From contig OZ025804.1 in assembly GCA_964019425.1 (NCBI GenBank), positions 496,001-560,000 on the forward strand: a stretch of 64,000 nt of DNA. Reading direction: 5' to 3'. Below the pieces are notes generated by a model that was given only the letters and a program-made list of their open reading frames with translations, had not been told where the DNA came from and did not search any database. Position 1 is the first letter of the stretch. Each line of letters opens with the position of its first letter. Of this stretch, positions 34,035 to 45,383 are shown piece after piece. The stretch comes from Flectonema sp. DT1601. Its lineage: Eukaryota. The position numbers were made by a program, and so were the translations under genes.

Positions 34035-37000
34035 CGGTTCGTCATAATCTTGATTACAGACTGAGCAAGGCGAGTTCTTCCGGTGACGTTGGGACTAGAG
34101 CTCGGACGTTTAACCACATCCTGCTGGCGTCTGCAAGGAACAACATCAGAAGGAGACTGAGGATAAAAGGGAAGAGGAGGAGATTGTGGAATGCCTCTGC
34201 CCCTGAGACCAAGCAAGCCAAAGGCAAGTTTATTTCCGAAAGGCTCTCAAAGGGTGAAGGCTTCGCCTTTGCATTCAAGAAAATTAAAGACCTTGAAGCT
34301 GATAGGGGGCAGGATATTTGTATTACTGAGTTCGATGAGAAACAGCTGCCCGAAAAGTTCCTAGACCAATATGTCAAGACCTCAAATAGACCGAAGTTGA
34401 AATCACCGTCTGTTAAACCTAGCGACTACAAAGATGTGTGTAGGCCTGTAGTAATGTCTGAACTAGAGTTTGCACTGAAAAAAGTTAAGTCAGGCAAGGC
34501 TCCTGGTCCGGATGGGATTCATGGAACGATGATTAAGAATTTATCCCCGCTGGGCAAGGTGCACCTTCTGTCTCTAGTTAACGACTCCTGGTTGTCGACC
34601 GAAGTGCCGAAGATCTGGAAGGAAGGCTTGATCAAGCCTGTTCACAAACTTGGCAAACCAAAAGAAAAGGTGGCAAGCTATAGACCAATTACGCTGACTT
34701 CAGTAGTTGGTAAGGTTCTAGAACGAATTATTTATGACAGATTGATGTTTTGGCTCACCCAGAACAAAGTTCTGTCTTCGATCCAAGCTGGCTTTAGAAG
34801 AGGAAGGAACACATGTGAACAGATTTCCCTACTTGTGAATGCACTACATGAGGCCGATGCAACCCAGAAGAGTTCTATATTACTGTCATTCGATTTCACG
34901 GAAGCTTTTGACAGAATAAATCACACCAAACTCCTTGCAAAAATGAAAGCTATGGGCATTCCCTCCCCGTTCATTGGGTGGATAGCCAACTTCCTTTCAG
35001 GAAGACGCACAAGGGTGGAAGCTAACGGAAACTTTAGTTCATACAAGACGGTCTCAATGGGTGTTCCTCAAGGTTCAATCGTGGGTCCGCTTCTTTACCT
35101 GATCTATGTGGATGACCTCGCAAAGACTTTGGAGAAAACTGGTTCTATCTCGGCTCTTTATGCCGATGACACTGCTTGTGTCATATCGGATAGGGACCTA
35201 TCAAGTACGAATAAGAAGGCTCAATGGATACTGGGACTCGTTGATACTTGGTGTAGGGACAACGACATGGCCTTGTCTGTTTCAAAAACGTGCGGGATGC
35301 CGGTGGGATGTCCGAAGAATGTGTACTGGAGACTGGGCTTCCCCAGGACGGTGAAAGACAATTTCTATCTGGTGAACAGGGATGATTTGAGGAAGATGTT
35401 GCAACCAAATGACTCTAAGAGGCCAATATTAAGAAGTGGTGAAACAATTCTAAAGATCGATGACACTGAAGTCCTTAGCACTGATGATTTAATGAGGGTC
35501 ATACTCGCTGGCCCGCAACGGACTCGGGTAAGATTACTAACATCGGTTCTCTTGCCGATGGTGGACAGCGTAAAGTACCTTGGGGTCCACATCGATGATG
35601 ATCTCAAGTACGATACACAAGTTGATAAAATACTGAACGAATCTAGGAAGGGACTGGCTCTGCTGAGGAAGCTCGAACCTTATAACCTCGATTTTAAGTC
35701 ATTACAGATGGTAAAAAACCTCTACATCCTCTCAAGGGTGTCCTACGGTCTGGAAAGCTTCGGCCCATTCCTAACTGATGAACAACTTGGGCCAATCGAT
35801 CTCAGTCTTAGGAAAGTCGCGAGGAGGATCACGGGTTGCAGTGACTTTACACGCTCCTTGCCGCTGTTGTGGGAAGCGGATATGCTGCCAATGCGCCTTC
35901 TGATCGAAAAACAAGCAAGGACTGCCCTCTTCAGGTACAGATCTCTGAAGTGGGTCCCCTCAACTCGTTCAATTGCTAGTGGTCTATGGAGTTTAAAACT
36001 ACCGCCTGAGGATCGACAGATCTCAATTCAAGATATAGTACAGCCCGACAGTATTGAACCGTGGGCAGATGTACCGAACCTCTCGATATCGTGTGGCTAC
36101 GGACACTCCAAAACTGTCGATGCTGCAGCTGATAAACTAAAGTTTGATGAATACTGCAGGGAACTCAGACCCTCTGACTCCACGATATATACTGATGGAT
36201 CTCATGACCCTAAGAACTACACTGCTGGTGCAGCGGCCGTGCAGGTCTTACCGGTAGAGTGTACCAGGGCATCCAGACTTGTGGCCACCGAAAGTAGTTA
36301 CAAGTCTGAACAGATAGCTCTGAAATTATTGGTTTATGAAATTGGCAAGATAAACTCGCCGTTTGGATCTACCTGCGGGATCACAAGGATATTTAGTGAC
36401 TCGAAGTCGAATTTAGATGAACTGAAGGGAGGTATTGTGGCTCAGAGGAAGGTGAATTCGCTGTCGATACTGAACAAAATCAAACAATTGGGGACCTTTG
36501 TCCATCTTCAATTCATCCCATCGCATGTAGGGATTGATCCTCACGACAAGGCTGATAAACTGGCTAAGGCAGCTTCTAAAGATTTGGATGGGAAGCCAGT
36601 TAATTCAAAAATGGACTTCTTTGCACACAAGTCGAGGGTTGCACGCGAAACCGGTAGGAAGCTATTTGGCAGGATGCTTGAAGGTGCTGAGACTGCGAGG
36701 CCCCCTGTCAAGCGTGTCATGCTGAGACAATACCTGGAAGCCACTGGGGGTTACAAGGCTGCTCGTTACCCCCCCAACATGCTGAGGTCATCAGAAATTA
36801 GAATAGCTAGATTCAGGACTGGATCTCATCACTTACTTAGAATTAAAGAAGTTCCTCGGATGTGTCTCTTTTGTCAAAGAACGGAGTCTTCACCACGTCA
36901 TCTGATACTGGAATGCACTGCTGCGGCGCTGATGTACATTCGAAAAGGAACTATTGGTGAAATTATTGAGGAAGCAAGAATCTCGAAGACTGCCTTGAGT

Positions 37001-37081
37001 CTTCCGTTCATGTTTGCTACACGTAACTTGCATGCCCTTGCCGGATTCATATGGAACATGGAGCAATGGGTTCAAACCTGA
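34035..37081 (+). CDS. ingi/L1Tc-like (I-group) RT-RNase H-Zn knuckle ORF, uninterrupted but lacking the N-terminal AP endonuclease
   Basis: KAPGPDGI, YRPITLTS, QAGFRRGR, FDFTEAFDRINH, GVPQGS, YADD, KYLG. RNase H: IYTDGS/SEQ/FSDS/IPSHVG/ADKLAK. Knuckle CLFC..HLILEC. Confidence 0.92.
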
Positions 37082-37433
37082 CAGCACTCAGCTGTAGTTA
37101 AACAAGTCAATACTATTATCTTTTAGTATACATCTTCTCCATTCTTTCTCCTTATCTCCTAGTTCTATGAGGACAACCGTAGGGCCCTTTCGGCTCGCAG
37201 GTGACCCAGTGGTCTTTGGCCACCGTCTTTACGTTGATCTCTCGCTTTGCAAGCACAGTGTCAGGAGCTGCCGATCCGTGGAGGTCCTCTAACGGACTCC
37301 TGACAGTTGCACGCGTATCTTTGTCTTGTTAAAAAATAAGAAGAGCGTTGGTGCTCAGAATATAAAAAAAGCAAAATGAAAGAGAGACAAGAAAGATGTG
37401 ACAAAATAAAAAATAAAAAGTCAGAAATTTTTA

Positions 37434-37600
37434 GGGGCGCTCTAGTCGAGGGGTAGTGTGTTTGGATTCAAGGTCTGCAGGCCTGGGTTCGATCCCTGCT
37501 CTGGTGAAATTTGGAGCAGCATGCCAAGGTGGAGGCGAAAACACCAGTGAGCTGCAGGAGAGCAATCCGGGTTGGGCCCCAACCTCTGACCCCAGGTCAG
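37434..37600 (+). mobile_element. tRNA-derived SINE-like element or Pol III ncRNA, copy 2 of the 151-bp repeat plus a 3' hairpin
   Basis: Same A/B boxes; ends in hairpin TCTGAC-CCCAG-GTCAGA then AATTTT; GTCAGAAATTTT occurs at both 37420-37431 and 37596-37607. Confidence 0.65.
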
Positions 37601-37610
37601 AAATTTTATT

Positions 37611-37864
37611 GGGGTGAAAGTAGTCTAATGGTAGGACGCTCCCTGGGTAATGTGTCGACCCAGGTTCGAGTCCGGCCATAGACAACTTTCAGGGTAGGAT
37701 CCCTGCAAAAAATCCAGTCTAATGACACTAAGGCAAACGGTCGGGCCCCGGACTTTGAGAGCTTGCTCGCCTTCCAAGTACACACCTTCACTCACCTACC
37801 AACAGAAAGGGTAGAGAAAGGCGACTCACTTAGCAGGGGTTGAAAGTACGGCTAGGAAGGTTCC

Positions 37865-37900
<36 letters not shown>
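37611..37900 (+). mobile_element. Second tRNA-derived SINE family, with A35 tail and ~10-bp TSD
   Basis: A-box TAGTCTAATGG, B-box GGTTCGAGTCC, A35 at 37866-37900, AAATTTTATT at 37601-37610 and 37898-37907. Confidence 0.8.
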
Positions 37901-37905
<5 letters not shown>

Positions 37906-37913
37906 TTTTTAGC

Positions 37914-37985
37914 TCCTCGGTAGTATAGAGGTCAGTATTTCCGCCTGTCACGCGGAAGACCCGGGTTCAATTCCCGGCCGGGGAA
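37914..37985 (+). tRNA. tRNA-Asp(GTC)
   Basis: Acceptor TCCTCGG/CCGGGGA, anticodon arm TCCGC-CTGTCAC-GCGGA, T-arm CCGGG-TTCAATT-CCCGG, followed by a T-run terminator. Confidence 0.95.
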
Positions 37986-38264
37986 TTTTTCTCCTTGTAT
38001 TCAAGCTTTTCCAAGGTAGGCCTGCAGCACAGACACCTCTGGTCCGGCCTTTTCTTGGTCATAAATCGAGGCGAGACAACTTTCATAAGGCATTTCAATG
38101 GAGGACGCAGTCGGTCATGGAAGTCATAACCAACTTAGTTAATTATGTGACTCGTCTACTGACACGGCTAACATAGGAATAAAAAAAGAAATCGAGTGCT
38201 GAAACCCTCATGGGTACTATAGGGATTTAGTTAAGAAACTCTTTTACGTGGAGCCATTGATAAT

Positions 38265-40329
38265 GAGGATGTGCCAAAAGTACAGGACTATTTAGGCCAA
38301 AGGTAACTGACGGCACCTTGACCATATTCTGACCACTTTTCCAACAATGTTCTATACTCGAAAAATTGAATCCCGTGTCTGGGATCCCACTTTACTCATC
38401 GCCAGTTCCAAAATTCCGTATTTTCACATGCAAAATGGTTATTTTACACTGACTGTGGGTACAATTGGGGCGGTTTTTATGGTTTCTACCCAACTTCAGC
38501 CAACATAAGGCATACAACTGGTACAACGCTCTTCCAAAGCACGGAATTCCCAACTGTACCTCTCAGTAGAGTGGGTACATCCCCCCAGATAGACACTCGA
38601 GCAGCTTCCTAATGACCTTTACCCACTTCTTCGTTGTGCCACTCGTCTTGTTCCTTTCTCCCCACCGAGGTTGTGTTCGCATCGCATGCATGATCTCTTC
38701 AAACCGCTCAAGGGTGCTCGGCGAGAAGCTGGTCAAGATGGAAACCGGATCGGTGTGAGGTTATGCAGAGTTTGGCGGAAGAAGGATGGACTCACACATT
38801 CTTGAGGCAGCTATACCCTTTAAGAGAACTGCGTGGCTTAACAGGGATCAGCAGCCAGCAGAGATTGGTAGCCCAAGGAAGATATGTCCGGAATTAGAAC
38901 AAGTGGTAGATACAGAGTACTGGGCATCATCCTCCAAGACAAGCATCGTCATGAAGCGGCTGTCTAAGCAGCGCAACTCTACTGTAACGATACAGACTCT
39001 ACTGTAACGTCCCTCGGCACGGCTCAATCTATGCAAACAGTGTGCTCAAAGGCGTATCCCACACGACTTATCGTCGGGCCGTAATTGCAATCTCCCTTCT
39101 GTTTCAGAGAAAAGGATTGGCAAACTTAAAACACTTGATGTAGTTACACTGATGGGGTTTGCTCGTGCACGAACTAGGTACTAATAGAACACTCAACATG
39201 CTGTCACAATTGTTTGGTAGTGTGCTGGTGCACTCACTCCTTTCTTCGTTTGAGATACATTCTCATGGCCATCGCTTTGCCGAAATACTGAGGAACTTAC
39301 ACTTCTCTGCGATGTTACCTGCTCCCGAGGATGAGAATCCGAAGTGGAGACGTGTATTTTGAATTCCTTTATCCTGATGCGACGTGGGCATGGTGGAATT
39401 TGGACGGATAGTAGTGAATCTGGCTGGAGAAGCAAAAGATTCTTATCCTTCAAATTGGCTTTGTTTTGGGCAGCTTATAGGTACATTTAAACGTACCAGA
39501 GCGGCACCAACACTATTAATAACACCATCAGTACCGCCTTCTCCACAATCAGTGGTGGGGTAAAGAGGTATAGATCCAGCCCAACACGATCTGAGTAGCT
39601 GCACTGTTACTAATGAAGTTCCATGATCTGGGATCGATGTTATTTATATTTTTCGAGCTTATCAACCCCGATGCGGTAATCCTCCTGTGTGTCTGAACCT
39701 GCTGGTTGTTTGTGTATTTTCCGCTACCACAGAGGGCTTTTACAAGCTCAAAAAACAGGGAGTGATTTTTCGATTTAATATCGGCCGTGATTTGGCATTC
39801 TCTTTACTTGGGCTCCCTCTGACATGATGTTGCGCAGAAACATCATCCCTTTCAAAATACGGGAAGGGAATAACATGCAGCTGCTATGAATGGAAACCGT
39901 TGAGACTTTGTTAGTTCTGCTGAATGTGCAACAACGCACCAAGGTACGTACCGTTGGGTGTGGGTGACAGGTGCTATTGACCCGTAGGAGTAGTTGTGTC
40001 CAGTTTGGTACATAGGTGGGGTACCTTTTCTCTTTTTGAAAAAACAGTAAATTTTTGGACCCGTTGTTTTGGGTTCTTACGGTGGTGTAAGGGTTAAGTA
40101 GGAACTTTGTACTAACCTGCTTCCCCTTAGTTACAGGCACCCACAGTGCAAATACAACCTTTTTGCATGAGAAAATATGGAATTTTGGAACTGGCGATGA
40201 GTAAAGTGGGATCCCAGACACGGATTTCAATTTTTCGAGTAAAGAACATTGTAGGAAAAGTGGTCAGAATATGTTCCAGGTGCTGCCAGTTACCTTTGGC
40301 CTAAATAGTCCTGTACTTTTGGCATCCTC
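38265..40329. mobile_element. Non-autonomous or decayed DNA transposon with ~190-bp terminal inverted repeats
   Basis: 38265-38460 (..GCCAAAAGTACAGGACTATTTAGGCCAAAGGTAACTG..GTGTCTGGGATCCCACTTTACTCATCGCCAGTTCCAAAATTCC..) is the near-exact reverse complement of 40140-40329; no long internal ORF. Confidence 0.85.
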
Positions 40330-40730
40330 TCGATATTATACTTTTGTTGTGGCCTTGATATTTATAATGCATGTTAATTTACTCCTTCTTCCTTGTCAAG
40401 TGCATACAGTGATAGAAAGCTAATTACTCTCAAGAGCATACCTGATTGAGAAGAAATAAACATTACAAAAGAATAAAAACTGACAGTACACAACGACATG
40501 GATACAGAATATCTAAACAAAGGGGACTCTAACAAAACGAGGGTACAACGGGATCTACAATAATAGCGATCACAGAAATAACGGGCTACAAAATTTTTCG
40601 GGTACCACAAATTTGGGAATAGAAGACCTTGTCTGAATTTTTTTTAACAACTTAAAATACAAAGAGAATAAGGGTTGCATGCATGCATCCCACAAGGAAC
40701 ACGAAATAGACCGAAAGGAGGGTTTTGAGC

Positions 40731-43700
40731 TCAGTGCCTCCTTGAAGGTGAAATCCGAGAAGAATTGCTACCAAACTGCGGCTGCTGTTGTGATCGCTGC
40801 TGCTGGTTCTGTGTTTTGAGTGCTGCGACTTCATTCCTAAGGGATCCACAAACCATGGCACATTCTTCCTTAGTTTTTTCTTGCTGAGTGGCAACTGCCA
40901 CAAGACCAGTTTGAAGCCTCCCGATTAAAGTGTTCAGATCTTTCAACTCTTTGTTGGAGCTGTTGTCATTTCGGAGTTTCTTTACAGTTTCAAGTATGGC
41001 GTTTAAATCGGGAATAGAAGTCTCAACAGCTTGCAGACGAGGCATCACCTGTCCCTCAACAATCTTTATCAGTGGTGTAAGCATCTCTTGAATCTGACTC
41101 GGCTTTTTCAAATCTTTTTTTATATCTGGAATCAGTTGTTCGATTTCCAACAATCGCGGTAAGATGTTGTTTTCAACTGCCTTAAAGCTTTGAGGGAGGG
41201 AGTCTTCTAGGGTCTTTATTCTCGGGGCAAGGTCGGGTTCTGGTTGTTTTTGCATCTGCAATTCCTCTTGATTCCTCTCCGAAGAATCTTGCAAGTTCAA
41301 TAACGATTTCTCAATAACTTTTAATCTCGGTAGTATTTTTGTTTCTACGGTGCTATCTGTATTTGTTGTCCGTGACTCTAAATCATCAACCTTGACCTTG
41401 ACGCCTTGCAAAACCGGCATCTGTTCTGCCAGTGCACTTATTTGTTGCTGAACTGCAGGACCCTGGCTTTCAATTATTGATAGTCTTGTTTTTATTGAGT
41501 CTTCGTCTACTATGGCTTGTGCAAGTTGCGATCCAGCTTTCTCCAAGGATTCGTTCTTTTTCTCGAGGCGTTGGATCTTTAAGTCGGTTTCTTTATTGCT
41601 TATCGTTTGACTTGTTTTAACTTTTTCTTCAATTTGAGCTATTTTGTCATGGATTTCACCCTTGACACCACTCAGTTGTTCTTTGACCTTCAACGGGACA
41701 ACAGTGTTTTCGAAGTGGTCCACCTTACTCTCCACACCTCCGATATGGCTCTGAAGCTCTTTCACTTTGAGTGGGATGATGGTGTGCTGCACTGTATCAA
41801 GCTGCTGCTCTACAGAGCTCATATGTGTTTTCAGCTGGTTGTTAACTTTGGGCAATAGTTGATTAGTCTGGTTTTGAATATTGGCCATGCTTTCATTCAT
41901 TTTATTCAAATTAATGTTGATATCCGATTCAACCTGCGATATATGATTCTTAATAGTTGGTAGAGTAGTGGCCTCAATATTATCGATTTTGGTCGATAGT
42001 CGGGATTGAACTGCACTGACGTGATCCTCAATCGTTGGTTGCAATGCCTCAAGCTTACTGATTTTATCATTTAGTAGATCATGAGCCACAGAGATTTTCT
42101 CTTGTATAGCAGGCATGATGGCGTCTTGGATGGTGCTGGTTTGGTTTTGGAGCTGGTCCATCCTTGCGCTTATCATGCTGTTATAATCTCCAATTTGTGT
42201 TGATACGTGATCGTGAATTTCCGACATTGGACTGGCAGATACTCTCGAATTCTTCAACTGGTCTTCAACCAGTTCAACTCTAGGTAATATTCTCTCCTCT
42301 AACCCCAACAGTTTTTGAGTTAAAGAACCCTCTGCTGCGCGAATCCTCGGAACAACCACACTATCTATTGATCTAACCTTTGGAATAAGTGTGTCTTCCA
42401 ACTGTTTAACTTTTTGTTTCAAAGCTTCTTCAGCAGATGACAGCTTCGGAAGGTCAGTATCAAGAAGTTTTTTGTAACGAGGGAGTTGGTCTTCTATTGT
42501 CTTGATACGAGGCAGTACTCGATCTTCCAATCCAGAGACACGGAGGTGAATGCTATCCTCTAATGATTGAACACGGGGGATGACTGCTTCCTCTATGGTG
42601 CTGAATTTCGGTAGTTGTTCTTCAACGTGTCTTAGTCGCGAAGGGATGTCACTTTCAAGAGCAGACAATCTGGGAAGGACTTGGTCCTCAACAGCCTTAA
42701 CACGTGGAAGAACTCTGTCGTCGATGGTTGAAATCTTGCATGTCGTTCTATCGATTTCGTCAACACGTTTTTGAAGGTTATAACAATATGAAATATTGGT
42801 GTCGAGATTGTCTAAACGAGCACTTATCTGGGCTGCCGAGACTTTGTTGTCAGAAAGTTGATCAATTCTGGTTGACATTCGTCGTTCTATCTCAACTACA
42901 GCTCGTTCGACATTACCCATCTTATCGACAACAGGGTCTAATCTGTCGGATACATGTCGTTGAACGCCACGCTCTAATGCTTGTGCGGAAGTTAACTCTT
43001 CCATTGTTTCTAGTCTGGCTGAGATAGTGTTGACTGCACCTCTAGTGTCTGTTAGTTCATCTACTCGTCTCTTGAGTTCTTGATGAGCAGGTTGTGATTC
43101 AAGCATTTCTAACCTTACCATAATACTTTTATTAACAGATGCCAGTTCTTGTACTTTAGAAGTTTGATTTTCTATTCCGTCAAGTCTTCGTTTGATATTA
43201 GCCGACTGGTTCACAGATGAGTCAATGGAATCGAATTTATTAATACTCGACTGAAGCTTTGATCGGTGATCAATTATTTCATCAATTCGTCGGTGGAGGT
43301 TTCGCTCAACATCATTGACACGTGGAGCAGCTTCAATAGCTGCCAATCTAGATGAGAGACCAGTGCGAAGATCTCTTGCTTCCTCAGTCGCTTCATTCAA
43401 ATTCTCAATCTTAAGAGCCAGGTCATCAAGCCTAGCCTGCTGCTCATGTCTCACATGAAATTGAGAGGCCTCTGCGGGTTCGCTTGGTGGTGGTGGTGGA
43501 GGTGGTTGCCATGCACTGCTAATTTCTAATCCTTGGACTCTTGCTTCCAATTGTGTCACTCCAACACCAGCAGTATTGTGTTTGGCATCAGACAGGTCAC
43601 CTCTTACACCGTTTAAGTCATATTCCAGTTTTTGTAATTTTACATTTTGCTCATCCATTTCCCTGTTAATCTGTCTCTGCACATGGGATTGGATTGTGTT

Positions 43701-45383
43701 TTGAATTTGCTGATGCAGTCCTGTGGTAAGCTGTTCTTGTAGCTGATCCCTGACTTGAGACTTAACGTTCGTAGAAAGCTGATCTTGCAATTGTGATTTA
43801 ACCTGCGTCCTGATCTGTTGAGGAATGTGACTGGTGTGAGCTTTTAATTGCATTTCTATCTCTGGAGATACTTCTACAGAAGGGTGACTGACTATTGATG
43901 AAGCACGTCTGGCAACTTCATTAGCAACTTCTGCCTGGATTCTTTCATCCATCTGTTGTCTTATTCCAACAGTTAACTGTTCGTGGACTTGCTTTCGAAC
44001 AGCCTGTTCAACTGTTTTTTGAACGTCGCCTTTAACTCGTAATGCAACGGCATCGACATCAGATTCTTGAAATGCGCCGTGTGCATTACTAACCATTGAA
44101 CCAATAGGTGTAAGGCCACCACCACCTTGTAATTCATGTTGCATTTCTGAATGTACGATTTGAGCTACCTTTGCATCTAAAGTACCCTCTAGCCTGTCTA
44201 CTTGTGACTGCAGCATTTCTGGTATTTGTCCAATCTCGTCCTGAACCTTAGAAACAACAAGAACAGGAATATCTGACCGTAGCATTTGCTCAACCTGCGT
44301 TCGTACAATCGACGGGACTTCCTGGGAAATACGAGATGTGATTTCTTCACGTAATTCAGGTACCTGTAAATTAATAGATTGCAAAGGTGGCGGAGCCAAG
44401 TGGTGCTCAGCTGCTGTTGGTAGCGGTCCTACAGGAATCATATTCTCTGATGCTGATGATCGAAGACGATTAATCATTCCTTCTAATTCATTCATTTTTA
44501 ACATTTGTGGTTCAAGATGCGAAGCAACAAGTTCCTGAAGACTTTGGATTTGTTCAGAGACTCCGTTATCTAAATTGTGTTCAATTTTTGAAACACGACT
44601 TTGATGAGGAATCATAAGCTCTTCAACAACATCAGCAATGCGCTGTCTTGAAGCAGGTGCGTTACTGTCATGTCCCTGAAAGTTAACACTGTCAGTTCGA
44701 CGAGTTGGGCTTGGAAGAGGATCGCGTTCAACCTCCGTGCGATTAGACAAAGCAGTAGATCTTCTAGAATAAGGTTTCTCTTCTATTCTGCTATTCTTTC
44801 TTGAAGCGTACATCTCCTCAGACAAAGCTCCTGAAACTTCGCGAACTGGGATAGTGAAATCATTAAATCCTGCAGCCCTTTGTACTTCGTTTTTAATCAC
44901 TTTCTCCTGTTCCTTCATCAGGTTAGGAACGATAATGTGTTTCACGTCGTCAAGTAGGCTCTCTCTAAACTTCATGAAGACGTTTTTCGAGGCATCCTCA
45001 GCGATGCCTTCCATGCCTATTGAAAGTCGAGAAATTTCACGTTCGAGTTTGTGGATTTGACCCTTTAGTTGGGAAACTTCAGAGTCACGTTGTGGATTGC
45101 TTACAATGAGGGGTTGTGTTAGAGGGATAGGTGCCTGTGCAGCAACACCTCTTTGTAAGATAGTTAAGTCTACTGGAAGGTCTGGTTCAACTCTCCTTCT
45201 GATAGGAGAGACGTGTTTCGATGTACATATTTGTTGCTGCAAATTCAACGACGTCACGTTTGCCATCTGTGGTGGAAGCTGCGAAATCTGCGGCGGGGTC
45301 TCAGAACCTCGTTCCCTACTCGATGATCCACCATGTCTCGTAGCCCAGATGTCAACAGCATTGATTCGGTTTGCAGACCACAT
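40731..45383 (-). CDS. Large coiled-coil/repetitive hypothetical protein (~1550 aa)
   Basis: Long ORF with heptad-like LPR(L/V)xxLE repeats; start placed at MWSANR (the track extends to 45512). Confidence 0.85.
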   Translation of the reverse strand: MWSANRINAVDIWATRHGGSSSRERGSETPPQISQLPPQMANVTSLNLQQQICTSKHVSPIRRRVEPDLPVDLTILQRGVAAQAPIPLTQPLIVSNPQRDSEVSQLKGQIHKLEREISRLSIGMEGIAEDASKNVFMKFRESLLDDVKHIIVPNLMKEQEKVIKNEVQRAAGFNDFTIPVREVSGALSEEMYASRKNSRIEEKPYSRRSTALSNRTEVERDPLPSPTRRTDSVNFQGHDSNAPASRQRIADVVEELMIPHQSRVSKIEHNLDNGVSEQIQSLQELVASHLEPQMLKMNELEGMINRLRSSASENMIPVGPLPTAAEHHLAPPPLQSINLQVPELREEITSRISQEVPSIVRTQVEQMLRSDIPVLVVSKVQDEIGQIPEMLQSQVDRLEGTLDAKVAQIVHSEMQHELQGGGGLTPIGSMVSNAHGAFQESDVDAVALRVKGDVQKTVEQAVRKQVHEQLTVGIRQQMDERIQAEVANEVARRASSIVSHPSVEVSPEIEMQLKAHTSHIPQQIRTQVKSQLQDQLSTNVKSQVRDQLQEQLTTGLHQQIQNTIQSHVQRQINREMDEQNVKLQKLEYDLNGVRGDLSDAKHNTAGVGVTQLEARVQGLEISSAWQPPPPPPPSEPAEASQFHVRHEQQARLDDLALKIENLNEATEEARDLRTGLSSRLAAIEAAPRVNDVERNLHRRIDEIIDHRSKLQSSINKFDSIDSSVNQSANIKRRLDGIENQTSKVQELASVNKSIMVRLEMLESQPAHQELKRRVDELTDTRGAVNTISARLETMEELTSAQALERGVQRHVSDRLDPVVDKMGNVERAVVEIERRMSTRIDQLSDNKVSAAQISARLDNLDTNISYCYNLQKRVDEIDRTTCKISTIDDRVLPRVKAVEDQVLPRLSALESDIPSRLRHVEEQLPKFSTIEEAVIPRVQSLEDSIHLRVSGLEDRVLPRIKTIEDQLPRYKKLLDTDLPKLSSAEEALKQKVKQLEDTLIPKVRSIDSVVVPRIRAAEGSLTQKLLGLEERILPRVELVEDQLKNSRVSASPMSEIHDHVSTQIGDYNSMISARMDQLQNQTSTIQDAIMPAIQEKISVAHDLLNDKISKLEALQPTIEDHVSAVQSRLSTKIDNIEATTLPTIKNHISQVESDININLNKMNESMANIQNQTNQLLPKVNNQLKTHMSSVEQQLDTVQHTIIPLKVKELQSHIGGVESKVDHFENTVVPLKVKEQLSGVKGEIHDKIAQIEEKVKTSQTISNKETDLKIQRLEKKNESLEKAGSQLAQAIVDEDSIKTRLSIIESQGPAVQQQISALAEQMPVLQGVKVKVDDLESRTTNTDSTVETKILPRLKVIEKSLLNLQDSSERNQEELQMQKQPEPDLAPRIKTLEDSLPQSFKAVENNILPRLLEIEQLIPDIKKDLKKPSQIQEMLTPLIKIVEGQVMPRLQAVETSIPDLNAILETVKKLRNDNSSNKELKDLNTLIGRLQTGLVAVATQQEKTKEECAMVCGSLRNEVAALKTQNQQQRSQQQPQFGSNSSRISPSRRH

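Noticed and set aside
38786..39453. Transposase inside the TIR element
   Set aside because: Only short ORFs and no convincing DDE or tyrosine-recombinase motif
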